From contig OZ024743.1 in assembly GCA_964016885.1 (NCBI GenBank), positions 86,552,001 to 86,616,000 on the forward strand: a stretch of DNA of 64,000 nucleotides. Reading direction: 5' to 3'. The position numbers and the translations under genes were made by a program. The notes beneath the pieces are model-generated. The model made no database searches. It was given only the letters and a program-made list of their open reading frames with translations, and was not told where the DNA came from. How positions within the stretch are numbered: position 1 is the first letter of the stretch; each line of letters opens with the position of its first letter. Origin of the DNA: Eledone cirrhosa (taxonomy: Eukaryota). Positions 39,140-55,500 of the stretch are shown here, piece by piece.

Positions 39140-42100
39140 AAGTGAGTTAGTTTCACAACAAATTTGCAAACCATATTCGAGGACGCATGTTTCACCGGAG
39201 AGATTTTCAACCTGTGTATGGCTGCAGTGAGAACGGGAGTACAGTGAAATTGTGTTATAACGAAATTCATGGGTATAAACAAATTTGTTGTAATGTAAAA
39301 TTCTTTATAATGAGATCAACTGAAACAAATAGTGTTTGTTACCTCGAGGATTGAAAAAATTTTGTTAATGGAATTTTACCTATATATATATATACCCAAA
39401 AGTTATGGAATAGTTTGGAAACCTGAAATGATCAAAGTACTGGTACTAGTACTATATTTTGTGTTAAACCTTTGGAAGTTTTATTAACCTATTTATATTT
39501 TTACTTCTATTCCAAAATTCTTGTACTGGTTTCAGTCATTAGACTGTAGCCATGTTGGGGCACTGTCTGTGAGAGCTTTTAGTCAATCACATCAACCCCA
39601 GTACTTGCTACCATCTGCTACTTATTTTATCAATATCTGTTTATAGATTTGTTAAAAGCCAGCCCTGGTCAAAACCATGACCAGTCCATCATTTGTATAT
39701 CTAAGTCCAAACTACAATGTATCCTTCCTTTTTTAAGATGGTAGAATGGAATTTGATAGAGAGTTGGCCATCCTTTCTAGCAGATGGTGGTAAATTGGCA
39801 TTTATTAGAACTTTAATATTTATTCCAGCTCTCTTCACTCCAAGGTCAACACTGCCTCTCATCCTTTTGGGATTGATAAATAAAGTATCAATCCTGGGGA
39901 AATAGATTTGATAAAATTGTTAAGGAGCTTTGTGATATCTGATCCAGCTCTTAGCATTCTGGGTTCAAATCGTATCTCCTGCTAAAAGTTGCGACTGCAG
40001 ATGGTATCATTGTTGAAAAACTAGCTGCTTTCCTTTCCTTTTTCAGTGACTGTAGAGGCTTCCCTTATTGGCTTGAGCTTGTTTCTCTTTTCTAACTATG
40101 TGTATTTATATTATCTAAAGTATCTTCCAAGTTCAGTTAAATGTTTTACAATGTAGACTTTCTCTTTCTTTTGCAGCCAATCATAAGAATTCCAACTGAA
40201 GATTCTACCAGAAGACTGATATCCAGTGCCATATGGATAAATGGAATAAAGGAAACTTGTTATGTAGCTCTAAGGAATAGTAACTCTGATATTAGATTAG
40301 TGCAATCTCTCAGATAGCAGATGGAGAGCTAATTAATCATTTTGTGACCATATTTCTAATGAAGAATTTTGAGAGATTTACTGAAATTATTAATTATTTC
40401 ATTACTAAGATAGTAGCGTTATGATTCTTTTATAAAAAAATTGTTGGAAGATTTTAATTTAAATTAGGTGGCTTTGTTTCATAGAACCATAGCCTCTTTT
40501 ATTTGAGTTGATCTCAAAAGGGTTTATGTTTTTCTAGTTTAAATCCTCCTGAGGTTGGTAAAATAAGTAATAATTAATCTAATATCAGTGTTAATCAGAG
40601 GTGAGAAATGATGCTAGATGCTGTTACAGAATCATGAGAAATTTGACAGGAGCAAGAAGCAGTTCATATATGCCAGTTAAGGGTGATTAGATGTTGGTAA
40701 GAGTAAGGTATCAGCCAAGTGGCTGCAACATTCCCAGGAAGTGCTCGATTGGCTGGATCCAGTTGACCTCTTTGACTTGCCTATGGATAAAATGGCAAAT
40801 GTGTTACTGTAGAGAACAGCCAGTGATACCTGCTGCATCGATCATTCTACTACACAGGGCTCTTTCCTTAAGCAAAATGCCCTTTTTTGGAGGTGAGGCA
40901 AACTACAACTTTAATTAGGTGGTATATATCAGCTATACTCTGTGGACAAGATGGTGAAAGTGTTGCCATAGAGAACAGCCAACAATACCTGCTGCATCTG
41001 CCATTTGACCTTAAAGGGCTCCTACCTCAGGCTAGATGCCCTCCCAATTTGGGAGTGGGGCAGACACGAAACCTTTGGTTGGATTGTAATATCTCAGCTG
41101 TGACATTCTTTTCTTGGATATAATGCCCCCCTGATTTATCTGAGGAAAACAGCATTACAGAGACAGAAGACAAAGTTCTAATGGTATAAACAAATTTTCA
41201 AAGTATAATTTCAAGAATGGATTTAATATAAATAAGGTGAGTATGTAGGGCAGAAGAAAGGGTTAGGTTACTGACTGATTTAATCAGATATTGACAGCTG
41301 TGTCATGTGTCATATAATTATCATAAAACATCTATTTTTCCATACTTGCACAAGTTGGTTAGGTATGTTCAGGCACAGCCTCCTTCAACTCATCACATTC
41401 GTTTGTCATCTCTGAGGTTCCACATTTTCAGATCAGCTCTTAACACTTCCCAGATTTTCCTTAGTCTTCCTCTTCTGGCTCTACCTTCTACTGGGAACTC
41501 TTGGTAATTCTTCTTCAGTCAATGATCATCCAAACACACCACATGTCCATACCATTGCATAATTCTCTGTTGCACACATCTAATTCCCCTTATAGCCTCA
41601 TTTTCCTGTCAACTCATCCATGTACACTGTTCAGATGAAATAATCAATAGCCTGGTTATGTTGATCACATGTTCTTGTGTCCCTATCAACTGTTATCTGT
41701 GCTACGAACAGAAACCCAACAATTTGTAATTTAATGTCTATATTTTCTTCTGTAAAGGACCCAGGGTCAGGGTTTGGATTTAAACCTTGGAGAGGCCCCT
41801 CATACACAAAACAAGAATACATAGCAAACCCCCCAAATTTTACATATCAAAGTTAGCTTGACACAAGTAATTGGAATTGAAAAGTTATACATACAGGTAT
41901 TAAATTAACAAATTTTAACAATCCTAAAACTAAAAGCCCAGCTGAAGGTACAAATAAATTGCTATGGCAGTTGCTGATGGGGCTCCCCACTACAGGGAGC
42001 CCAGGACAATTGCCCCCATTAAATCCGGCCTTGCCCAGAGGGTGGAATTATTCAGGGTTTCATAATAGTTGATAGCTTCTCTTAGCTAAGTGACATAATT

Positions 42101-43025
42101 AGCAGTAGTATAGGTTGCTGTGAAAGCATAATAGCCAGAATAAGAATGAGGAGGGGTTTGGAAAAAAATTGAGAGAGCTACAACTTCTGTTGAAAGATTT
42201 TCTCTCTGGTGGTAGTGGTAATGGTGATGGTAGTGTTGTTGGTATAAGTGGGCAGTTAAAGAATTCACTGAAATAAATAAACATAGGTGCAGTCATTGCT
42301 ATGTGATTAAGGATTTCACTTAAAATTCTCAATTTTGGGTTCAGTCCCGTTTTGGCATCTTGGGCAAGTTTTTTTTTAATTACAGTTTTAGGTTGTGGGT
42401 GAAATATAGTAGACTGGAACTGCGTTTAAGACTGTCACACATATTTACCAGGATGACAGGAAAACTATTTTCTATAGTCTAGCTGCTCTCAAATTACTCT
42501 CAACAAGGGCTGGTGTGAACACATATGTAAGGTGACCATACTAGGAGTCCTGACAAAATGTATATTTGTAATGGAGCTGATGCACTTAGAGATGTCCTGG
42601 CCAAATTAGGTTTATGCAGCGTGCAATCTGTTAGCTACAATGGCAGGATAAGTGTAGTTATGCCTGCCAAGTTAATATATATATGTGTGTGTGGTGTATA
42701 TATATATAGTTGTGTGTGTGTGGTGTATTATAAAACTGGTGGATTGGTATGAAAAGGGTTAAAGAATTTTAGGGGATTTATTAAAATTATTTCATTACTA
42801 AGATTGTAACTTAGCATATGGTTTTTATATAAAATTATGTTGGAAGATCTTACTTTAAACAGTACCCCTTTAGAACGGGTCTTGTTTCATTGAACCATAG
42901 CCTCTTTTAGGTGATTGGTATTAAAAGGGTTAATGTTTCTTTTAGCTTAAATCCTGCTGAGGTTGATAAAATAAGTAACAATTAATCTAATATCAGTGTT
43001 AAGTGCAGATATGCCTGCCAAATTA

Positions 43026-43092
<67 letters not shown>

Positions 43093-45966
43093 GTGTGTGT
43101 GTGTGGTCTATATATATATACATACACGTGTGTGTGGTCTATATATATATATATGTGTGTGTGTGTATTATAAAGCTGGTGGATTAGTATCAAAAGGGTT
43201 AAAAAGTTACAGGCATATATACATAAATAAATATACAGACACATCAAATAAGATTGTGGTTGATGTTTGCGATAACAACGTAAGTTAAGGGAGCTCTTTC
43301 TATTGGTGTACTTATTTCTAGGATATTACTGAGTTGCTGTAATCTAATCAGTTATAGGTTAACGAGGAGAGTGTGTGTGAGGGATTAGGTGAGTGAGAGT
43401 GAGAGAGGAGCAAGGGGAAAGTGTGGGTGAAAGAGAGGGTCAAGGAGAATGTGTACAAGAAGAGGCATATGGAGTGTGTATGTATATATATGTGTAGATG
43501 TATGTATATATATATTTATATCTGTGTGGTGGTTGTGAGAGTGTATATATATATACATATATATATATGTGTATATGTGGGGTATATATAAATATATATG
43601 TGTCTGTGTGGTAGTTGACCAAATTTCTGAAGAGGAAACAAAGTTCAAGCTATCAGTAGAGAGAAAAGTTCAAAAGAGATTAATGTTAGGTGAAACAGAA
43701 CATATTGATAGTTGTTAATACTTGAACTGATTACTAAGGTGATGGTTAATCAATAGATCAGTAAAGGGTGGCTAATCAATAATTATTTGGGGTGGTTGAT
43801 CAATGGTTAATTGATCAGTGGTTAACTGATCAGTTCTAGTCCTGTAGAAACCATTTCTATATTAAACTTGATGTTTACACTCTACTACTGTATTGAGTAC
43901 CTTACTAACTGTGGTTACCTCTGATTGAACCCGGGACTCACACACACACACACACATATATATATATGTGTGTGTGTGTGTGAGTATTTCACATCAGTTA
44001 AGCTACATGTATGTTGCATCTAATTTCATATATTTTGTATGTGTATTTTTTTGGCATTCCCTTCTTATCTAATGTCGTTGCATCACATTCATCTCTTCAC
44101 TTTCAGTTTATTACAGAACGGATGTTGGAATTTGCAATGATTTCAATATAGAAATGCATTTAAAAAATATATTAATGAAAATTATTGTGTACACTGCTCA
44201 AGTGCACTACAACTCATCAAAGGTGCATGTATAGTACATAGAATAATATACAAATGTTAGGAAAGTGAACAGTGTATGAGTCCTGATATACACACATATA
44301 CATGCATACGTGTGTATGGAGGGGGAAATATCAGGTGTAGTGTTGGCGAATTTCGGGAAGCATGGAAGTTTAAAATTAAAGAAGTATGAAATCTTGTGTC
44401 TTTTCTATCAGTCCCCCATCACAATAGCTCACTGTTTTATTTTTATTTTGCTTGTTAAATGTAAATAAACCATAAGTGACATCCAATCCAATGCAGAGCC
44501 TTCTCACTTCTGTTAGAGGGACCCCTTTCTGGTGGCCTTCCACCACTTCTGTTTGGTTTTAGTTGTCAGGTGTGTAGCCATACTCACCACACTTGGTTTT
44601 GTCTCTTCACAATTTTTTTAATAATACATATTTTACTGAAAATAATTTTCAGAGAGGTAGATTACGATTATCTTGATAGAAATAGTTTTTTGTTGCTCAC
44701 AATTCCCAGTTGTTAAAAATTTAATTTTATCCTGATCAATATTATCCTTTAGCAATATAAAACTTGAAGGTATCATCATTATCATCATTGATTTTGCATG
44801 CGTTTTTCCATGCTTGCATGGGTTGGATGGATTTTTCTCAGCACAGCATCTCTCCACTTGTCATGTTCCTTTGTCGTCTCCTCTGTGGGTCTTAGCGATT
44901 TAAGATTGACTCTCACAACCTCTGCCTATGTCTTTCTTGGTCTGCATCTACTGTAGCTTCCTTCCACTGAGATATCCTCGCATTTCTTCACCCAGCGGTC
45001 ACGATGAACAAATTTTCAAGCTTACATTTAGCTATTTTTCATATGAATTTTTTCAGCATAGTTATGATCTATACCTTCATATGCAGTATTAAGAAAGTTA
45101 TAAGGAAACAAATTCAGAGTGGTGGGGGCTTATATTGTAGTTATGTTTTATAGGTTCTGTAAGGTAACCAATACATTTAAAATCACTTGCAGAAATTGTC
45201 TTCTGTTTCAATTAAATGCAAGACAGGAATTTTGAAAATGGGTCAGATGAGTTGCTAACACACAAATTCCAAGGTGACTACTTTAATTTAATGTTGGTCT
45301 TTGTACAATAATCAGAGATTTGTTGAAATGTAGTTAGATTAGATTGTTATTAAATGTTTAAAATCTATTGAATCTGAATTTTATGCATATTCATTTTATA
45401 AAATTATAGTTTTAAGCCAGATAATATTGATGAGATAGGAATTGCCACACATATACTGTATATATATATATATGTATATGTACATCAGTATGTTGTGTGT
45501 GTATGTCATTCTCTCTCTCTTTATATATATATATAAGAGTGGGCAAAGACAGGAAAATAAATGAATACAGACAGTCCTATCTCATCAGTTGATTGCTAGA
45601 GATATGTTGTTTTAGTGCTTTAAGATTGATACAACTGGCACTAGTGCACAAGGGACAAATGGACAAAGGCCCCAGTCTACTCTGTAAAGTGGTCATTTTG
45701 GTGCCATGATAGAAAGTGTCCAGCCCACACTGTAAAGTCGTTGTGTAGGTGTCACAACAAAAATCAGCCAGTACACACTGTCAATGTGGTTGGCATTGGG
45801 AAGGGCATCCAGCCATAGAAACTAAGCTAGAAACAGTTCTGTATAAGCAAGACATTTTCACTTGATCTGACTTGTTTCAAATGGAACGACTTGTCTAACC
45901 TGTGCTAGCATGGAAAATAGACATTAAATGATTATGAAGATGATGATGATGATATATACATGTGTG

Positions 45967-46063
<97 letters not shown>

Positions 46064-46321
46064 GTATACGTGGTGAATTGGCGGAGTTGTTAGAATGTTA
46101 GATATTTGCAGCTTTCTGAGTTCAAATCCTGCCAAAATCAACTTTGCCTTTCATCCTTTCAAGGTTGATAAAAAAAAGTACCAGTCTTGTACTGGGGGAG
46201 TCTCCCTCTATATCACTTTCTTATTCTCTCTTTCCTCTCTGGAAGAAATTGGCTGTGTTCAGGTAGATGGACTCTGCTAGGTTCAAAATGCTCAAGATAT
46301 GCCATATGTCATGACCATGTC
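32952..46321. repeat. Tandem segmental repeat, copy 2 (13370 bp, with RTE)
   Basis: Junction atgaccatgtc|agtggtttgtc at 32951/32952 and again at 46321/46322. Confidence 0.95.
33140..36469 (+). mobile_element. RTE-clade LINE, near full length, frameshifted, with internal deletion of the RT core
   Basis: APE endonuclease motifs (GTINVGTL, CIQETRW, AYAP, AGDLNGH, QIDYIL, SQHSLV), WWWN, LLYADD, RWYGHV, 3' UTR and (GAT)n tail. Absent from copy 1 at 23355/23356. Confidence 0.95.
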
Positions 46322-49300
46322 AGTGGTTTGTCAAAAAGTGATGGATAAAGTATCAGACTTGAAGAAAACATATAGAGGTCAATAGGAACATCTTTGAGGC
46401 AACGCCCCAGTATGGTCACAGCCTAATGATTGAAGTCAGTTAAAGAATATGTATGGATTTAGTGTGCTCAACAATTAATTATCTGGAGGCTATCAATATG
46501 TGAAGACATGGACCCTTCCTAAAAACTAACCTTAACTTTGTAAACACTGTTCCTTCTCTCATACCTGATCGCAAGTATAAAACAAATCTTGCTGGTTCCC
46601 AAGGACAGAATTTATCTATCTAAATTATCTTACAGGCGATCTGTTGATTTTGAGAATGTAAGCAAATTACTTGTCTTTCTATTATCTGTAGTCTTCCCAA
46701 TGAGCAGTGTTTTAAACTCCTAGTTATGCCAGTCTAAAATTCAAATTACCTGTTTGTTTCTCTCGGATTTTCAATTAATATTTTACATGTTTTTAATAAT
46801 TTGTCTCATTCTGTTGGACCCTTCCTAAAAACTAACTTGCTTCTAAAGTTACCCATTTCCCGCCCTCCCACCCCCACACACCACCATTGGTATACGGTCC
46901 AATCATAACTCAGCGGCTTTAGTAAGTTCCCTAACAAATCAGTATAGCAAAGCTACCGCCCCGGTTACTACTCCTTAAGTTTAGACCTGTTTGATGGGTT
47001 GACTGCGGAGATTTGGAAAGTCTAAGCACTCAATGACAATGTCACAGATAAAGATAAATTCATTACCCGCTGCAGGACGAGAATGCAAAGACCCCTCTCT
47101 ATTTCTGACACGAATGACCAACATAATTCCGTCTCCTATACCCCTCTCTGCCCCTCCAACCCATCCATCCCACCCTCCCAACTTCAGAGTTGGTACCATA
47201 AATGTAGGCACATTGAAACGTCGCTCAAATGAGGTTGTAGAGATGCGTAAAGAAGTTGATGTTTGTTGTATTCAAGAGACTAGGTGGAGAGGGGGTCTGC
47301 CAGATTCATCGTGGGTAAAAAACGATGCTATAAACTTTTCTGGGTGGGAAATGACAACGGACAGGGTGGTGTAGGAATTATGTTAGCAGAAAAATGGGTA
47401 GATAAGGTAATTGACGTAAATAGAGTAAATGACAGAATAATTAAAATAAGGCTAGTTCTAAATAGAACTACTGTGACAATAACATCCGCTTATGCACCCA
47501 ATCTGGTCTCCCTGACGTTATAAAGGACAGGTCTATGAGACGCTAATGCACACTAACTCCCAAATAACTGACAGCGACTACTTAATTATTGCTGGCGATC
47601 TAAACGGCCACGTTGGACAACATAGTGATGGCTATAATGGAATCCATGGAGGCTATGGGGTTGGAAATAGAAATGAGGGCTTTAGAATCCTGGAATTCTG
47701 TGACGCCAATAACCTAACTATCTGTAACACAAACTTCAAAAAACGTGAAAACCACTTGATCACCTATAGATCAGGGGAACACGCCAGCCAGATAGATTAT
47801 ATCCTTACTAGAAGACAGGACAAAGTGTCTGTTGTAAACACTAAATCCCTCCCCCGTGAAGAATGCACTTCCCAACATAGCCTAGTAGTTAGTGACCTCA
47901 TAGTCAGTAATAGATGTACTCGACGACAGAGGAAGCTTATCTTGAGGAGAAGAATATGGAAGTTGAAGGACCCCATAGCCAGTGACAAATTTAAAAGCTT
48001 ATTACTAGATGCCTTTGACAATAAGGAAGAGCAATTAGAGACGTGCGATATAGAGGAACAGTGGCAATTATTGAAAGTGAACCTGCTAAAAGCAATGGAT
48101 GAAATCTGTGGCTGGAGCAGACCTATTGGCAGGAGGAGAGTAACTTGGTGGTGGAACAGTAAGGTAGAAGAGACAATCAAGGCCAAAAAGCAGGCTAGGA
48201 AAGTATGGCAGGATGGGGGAAGTAGAGAGTACTATGTGGCCAAAAGTAGAGAGCACTATAGTGGCCAGGAGAGAAGCTAGGAGACAAGTGTACCTTGCAA
48301 AAAGGGTAGCAGAGGAAAGAAAGTTCAATCATGTTCTACAACGTGAGGTGTTCAGGATTGCTAGACAATGTGTCAAGAAAAACCGTGATATTGTCGGGGA
48401 GAAGTGTGTCTGTAATGATAACGGTGTACTTGCCCTCACTGATGCTGATAAGAAGATAGCCTGGAAGTGTCACTTCCCATGGGAACTCCTATACGCAGAT
48501 GATCTAACGCTCATAGCTGAATCAATGGCTGTACTAGAGAAGAAATTCCAAATATGGAAGAATGGCCTAGAATCAAAAGGCCTTAAAGTTAACTTGTCCT
48601 AGTTTGTAGAAAGGAAAATAAGGCACAGGTACCCTCAGGGAAATGGCCATGCTCAGTGTGTAGGAAAGGAGTAGGTAGAAATTCAATTTTATGTCCCAAA
48701 TGCAAAGAATGGGTACATAAAAGATGTAGTGAGATCACAGGTAAACTATCTAAGAACGTAGACTTTATATGTGGCCGATGCTCAGGTGCAATAGGTAGCA
48801 GGTGTCCACAGGATACTAGCTCCTTCTATTGCCCAGATGGTTCTATAGAAATAGTAGACACTTTCCGTTACCTGGGTGACAAAATCAGCAGTGGTGGTGG
48901 GTGTTCTGAAAGTACAGTAGCCAGAGGCAGAACGGGATGGAAAAAGTTCAGAGAGCTTACACCGCTGTTGGCCACAAAAGGTTTCTCTCTAAAAATGAAA
49001 GGTAGATTGTATGATACTTATATACGAACAACATTGCTACATGGCAGTGAGACATGGGCATTACGTGCAGAGGACCTGCGCAGACTGGAAAAGAATGAAG
49101 CATGCATGCTCCGTTGGATGTGTAATAGTAATATACGTGAACGGCAAAGCATAAATGAACTAAGTGAGAAATTAGGAATAAGAGGGATCAGATGCTTTTT
49201 ACTTGAGAGAAGACCACGTTGGTATGGCCACGTGATGCGCATGAAAGACGACAGCTGTATAAAAAAGTGCAGAGCGATCAAAATTGATGGTAGTTACGGA

Positions 49301-52300
49301 GTAGGTAGACCCAGAAAAACCTTGGACGATCTGATAAATTCCGACCATACAAACTTACACCTCTCTAAGACAATGTCACTGGACCGAGATCTTTGGCGCT
49401 ACGCAGTAATACAGAAGACCCGCCTTGCCTATGTACAAAGCGAAACCTACAGTCAGTAGGCACCTCTTAACCAAATATACACCCCAATCCACTACTACCC
49501 TATTCTCCCACTCCCACCAGCACCACCCTCTCTCTGTAAAGTTGGTAACACAACATCCAGTCCAAATAAATGAGATCGAGATCGTGTAGGTGTCACGAGA
49601 AAAAAACACAGTCCACGCTGTAATGTGACCATGTAGGTAACATGGTAAAAAATTCCCAGTTCCACACTGTAAATGTGGTTGGTGTTAGGAAGGGCAACCA
49701 GCTGTAGAAAACCTGCCAGATAGTCCTATATGAGAGAGACATGGTCACCCAACCAACCTTACCTCAAGTGGGACAACTCCCATCTAACCCAAGATAGCGT
49801 GGAAAATGGACGTTAAACGAAGATGATGATGATGCTGATTGTGTGATTTTTAGGCTCTGGAACATGGCAATTCTGTATATCCAAGCTCTCTTGTAGTCCC
49901 TGGTAGAGTGAACCTGTGAATTTATTACCATAATCATTTGGATTGCATTCTTTTTCTGTATCTATTCATCTTGGTTATTTAGGGCTCAACACTTTCATTA
50001 CCATATTTTTAATGGAAGACACTACTTCTGGTTTTCTAGTTATTTTGAAAATAATCAAGAATTTGGAGATATATAATTTTCTCATTATTGAAAGATGATG
50101 CAAATTTCTTACATAAAATTATGATTGTAGGTTTTTAGATAAGTATAAATAATTTAACCCTTTTGAATCTATAAGAATTTGAAGGGAGTTAGTAATATTA
50201 CTTTTTCATTATTAAGCTGGTGTTTGGAATATAACAGATTCTTACATTCAAATTATCCATAAATATAAACACCTTAGTATTGGAGAGTCAGGACAGATTT
50301 CAAGAAGTTTGGTATGAAAAGGGGGTCCATTTAGCTGCTAAATGGGTTAGGTGTGTAAAACATGGTAGGGAGATGTCTATTGTTGCAATGAGCACATCAA
50401 GTGACAGCATACAAGACAATTTCACAAGCTGATACTAGTCTCATTTTAACCCTTTTCATACTAACCCATCTGAAACCACCCAGGTTTTATACAAAACTGT
50501 CCATTTTAAACTGTCTATACTTATAATAAAACCTTTCATTAAGTTTTTGTTAAATAATGTTTCAAATATTAGTTTACCAATGAAAAAAATATTTCACTAA
50601 ATCCTCAAAATCTTTATTTCAACTTAATTGAAACACATTTGCAGTATACTTCATGAGAAGTTCGGTAATAATAGGGTTGACGAAGGTCTTGATCTGGAAG
50701 ATGTCTTCAGTGATTTGTTTTAAACAATTTGATGATATTGATCTAACTTATCTGTGTTTCATTATCCTAGATCAGTGGTTCTCAACCTTTTTTTTTACCT
50801 ATAGATCTCTTTGATTCCTATTTTACCCTGGTGGATCCCCCTATTCCTGTCTAAGTCCCATGGGAAAATAAACTTATAATCGTGCGTGACTTCACCACCA
50901 CCACTGATTATGGAATTTTTTTACCAATTGCTTTGGTTAGCCATTTTATAATGTGTACTTTCTCTAAGGCCTAAGATATTTTCTTTGAAAGCAAAATTTT
51001 TTCATGGACCCTTAATATGGAATGTGTCTTCGTTAAAGAATTGCTTTTATGGATATGGGCTGCCCTGTCAGTAGCTTTTTTTGAGAATATTTTCTTCTGG
51101 AAACTACAAAGAGCTGCCATTCCAGTAACCTTGGTGTCCAATTAGTTTGGTCTTATGTTATGAATATTTTATGTCAACTATATTTTACAGACATGTTATA
51201 CAATGATGGTAATAATAAGAAAAAAAGATAAAAACAAAATTAACAAATGTAAAAAGGGGGAAGGGGTAAAGAAGGGCAAATCTAGCTGAATGGAAAGGAC
51301 TATAAATGCCATAAATGAGAAGAAAAGGAGGGAAAGAGCAAGGACTATTAGGCCACAGAAGAAATATAGGGGAGAGGTGACAGACTACACTTAGGTCGGG
51401 TCAGTGTTTTGGGTGCAGACAATGGCCAGTGTACCCACTGCAACAACCACCGCACCCTGCAGGGCTGCTTACGTTCCTATTTTACAGAGGAGCTCGGCAG
51501 TACGGGACACGAGAGCACCTGAGGTCTCAATGGCGACCTATCTAACTTGCTTCTCTTGTCTCATTGGATTCTTTATCTTCCCAGTGAGGTTACATGCCTA
51601 ACTGACATGTGGACATTTCATGGTTGACTGACTGTCACATCTCACCTGACTAGTGAATGTAATAGGTTACATGCCTCACTGACATGTGGACACTTCATGG
51701 TTGTCTGACTGTCACTTCTCACCTGACTAGTGAATGTAATAGGTTACATGCCTCACTGACATGTGGACATTTCATGGTTGACTGACTGTCACTTCTCACC
51801 TGACTAGTGAATGTAATAGGTTACATGCCTCACTGACATGTGGACATTTCATGGTTGACTGACTGTCACTTCTCACCTGACTAGTGAATGTAATAGGTTA
51901 CATGCCTCACTGACATGTGGACATTTCATGGTTGACTGACTGTCACTTCTCACCTGACTAGTGAATGTAATAGGTTACATGCCTCACTGACATGTGGACA
52001 CTTCATGGTTGACTGACTGTCACTTCTCAAATCATATATTTGCCCATTGATAAATTTACTGGTTAATACGACATCATGTGTGCCCATAAATATTTTTGAT
52101 GGTCCATACTACAGCAATCAAAGGTTTGCCCATTTAATGGTCAGTACTACAACAAATAGGTTTGCCCATAGACAGTTTTCATGGTCAGTACAGCACTAAT
52201 AGTAGGTTTAGCCGTTGACAGTTTTTATAGTCTACTACATTAATCATAGTTTTGCCCATTCACAGTTTTGACAGTCAGCATCACAACAATCATAGATTTA

Positions 52301-52474
52301 CCCATTGGTCAGTTATCAATCACAGGCTTGCCTATTGACCTTTTTATAGATTTGCCCATTTCCAATTTAGTTGGTCAGTTCGGCTCATAAGTTTTCCCAT
52401 TATAGCCCAATCATAGTTTAGCCAATTAACTATTTTATTGTTCTGTACTATACCAAACATAAGAGTACCCATTG

Positions 52475-52507
<33 letters not shown>

Positions 52508-55500
52508 AAGTGAGTTAGTTTCACAACAAATTTGCAAACCATATTCGAGGACGCATGTTTCACCGGAGAGATTTTCAACCTGTGTATGGCTGCAGTGAGA
52601 ACGGGAGTACAGTGAAATTGTGTTATAACGAAATTCATGGGTATAAACAAATTTGTTGTAATGTAAAATTCTTTATAATGAGATCAACTGAAACAAATAG
52701 TGTTTGTTACCTCGAGGATTGAAAAAATTTTGTTAATGGAATTTTACCTATATATATATATACCCAAAAGTTATGGAATAGTTTGGAAACCTGAAATGAT
52801 CAAAGTACTGGTACTAGTACTATATTTTGTGTTAAACCTTTGGAAGTTTTATTAACCTATTTATATTTTTACTTCTATTCCAAAATTCTTGTACTGGTTT
52901 CAGTCATTAGACTGTAGCCATGTTGGGGCACTGTCTGTGAGAGCTTTTAGTCAATCACATCAACCCCAGTACTTGCTACCATCTGCTACTTATTTTATCA
53001 ATATCTGTTTATAGATTTGTTAAAAGCCAGCCCTGGTCAAAACCATGACCAGTCCATCATTTGTATATCTAAGTCCAAACTACAATGTATCCTTCCTTTT
53101 TTAAGATGGTAGAATGGAATTTGATAGAGAGTTGGCCATCCTTTCTAGCAGATGGTGGTAAATTGGCATTTATTAGAACTTTAATATTTATTCCAGCTCT
53201 CTTCACTCCAAGGTCAACACTGCCTCTCATCCTTTTGGGATTGATAAATAAAGTATCAATCCTGGGGAAATAGATTTGATAAAATTGTTAAGGAGCTTTG
53301 TGATATCTGATCCAGCTCTTAGCATTCTGGGTTCAAATCGTATCTCCTGCTAAAAGTTGCGACTGCAGATGGTATCATTGTTGAAAAACTAGCTGCTTTC
53401 CTTTCCTTTTTCAGTGACTGTAGAGGCTTCCCTTATTGGCTTGAGCTTGTTTCTCTTTTCTAACTATGTGTATTTATATTATCTAAAGTATCTTCCAAGT
53501 TCAGTTAAATGTTTTACAATGTAGACTTTCTCTTTCTTTTGCAGCCAATCATAAGAATTCCAACTGAAGATTCTACCAGAAGACTGATATCCAGTGCCAT
53601 ATGGATAAATGGAATAAAGGAAACTTGTTATGTAGCTCTAAGGAATAGTAACTCTGATATTAGATTAGTGCAATCTCTCAGATAGCAGATGGAGAGCTAA
53701 TTAATCATTTTGTGACCATATTTCTAATGAAGAATTTTGAGAGATTTACTGAAATTATTAATTATTTCATTACTAAGATAGTAGCGTTATGATTCTTTTA
53801 TAAAAAAATTGTTGGAAGATTTTAATTTAAATTAGGTGGCTTTGTTTCATAGAACCATAGCCTCTTTTATTTGAGTTGATCTCAAAAGGGTTTATGTTTT
53901 TCTAGTTTAAATCCTCCTGAGGTTGGTAAAATAAGTAATAATTAATCTAATATCAGTGTTAATCAGAGGTGAGAAATGATGCTAGATGCTGTTACAGAAT
54001 CATGAGAAATTTGACAGGAGCAAGAAGCAGTTCATATATGCCAGTTAAGGGTGATTAGATGTTGGTAAGAGTAAGGTATCAGCCAAGTGGCTGCAACATT
54101 CCCAGGAAGTGCTCGATTGGCTGGATCCAGTTGACCTCTTTGACTTGCCTATGGATAAAATGGCAAATGTGTTACTGTAGAGAACAGCCAGTGATACCTG
54201 CTGCATCGATCATTCTACTACACAGGGCTCTTTCCTTAAGCAAAATGCCCTTTTTTGGAGGTGAGGCAAACTACAACTTTAATTAGGTGGTATATATCAG
54301 CTATACTCTGTGGACAAGATGGTGAAAGTGTTGCCATAGAGAACAGCCAACAATACCTGCTGCATCTGCCATTTGACCTTAAAGGGCTCCTACCTCAGGC
54401 TAGATGCCCTCCCAATTTGGGAGTGGGGCAGACACGAAACCTTTGGTTGGATTGTAATATCTCAGCTGTGACATTCTTTTCTTGGATATAATGCCCCCCT
54501 GATTTATCTGAGGAAAACAGCATTACAGAGACAGAAGACAAAGTTCTAATGGTATAAAAAAATTTTCAAAGTCTAATTTCAAGAATGGATTTAATATAAA
54601 TAAGGTGAGTATGTAGGGCAGAAGAAAGGGTTAGGTTACTGACTGATTTAATCAGATATTGACAGCTGTGTCATGTGTCATTATAATTATCATAAAACAT
54701 CTATTTTTCCATACTTGCACAAGTTGGTTAGGTATGTTCAGGCACAGCCTCCTTCAACTCATCACATTCGTTTGTCATCTCTGAGGTTCCACATTTTCAG
54801 ATCAGCTCTTAACACTTCCCAGATTTTCCTTAGTCTTCCTCTTCTGGCTCTACCTTCTACTGGGAACTCTTGGTAATTCTTCTTCAGTCAATGATCATCC
54901 AAACACACCACATGTCCATACCATTGCATAATTCTCTGTTGCACACATCTAATTCCCCTTATAGCCTCATTTTCCTGTCAACTCATCCATGTACACTGTT
55001 CAGATGAAATAATCAATAGCCTGGTTATGTTGATCACATGTTCTTGTGTCCCTATCAACTGTTATCTGTGCTACGAACAGAAACCCAACAATTTGTAATT
55101 TAATGTCTATATTTTCTTCTGTAAAGGACCCAGGGTCAGGGTTTGGATTTAAACCTTGGAGAGGCCCCTCATACACAAAACAAGAATACATAGCAAACCC
55201 CCCAATTTTACATATCAAAGTTAGCTTGACACAAGTAATTGGAATTGAAAAGTTATACATACAGGTATTAAATTAACAAATTTTAACAATCCTAAAACTA
55301 AAAGCCCAGCTGAAGGTACAAATAAATTGCTATGGCAGTTGCTGATGGGGCTCCCCACTACAGGGAGCCCAGGACAATTGCCCCCATTAAATCCGGCCTT
55401 GCCCAGAGGGTGGAATTATTCAGGGTTTCATAATAGTTGATAGCTTCTCTTAGCTAAGTGACATAATTAGCAGTAGTATAGGTTGCTGTGAAAGCATAAT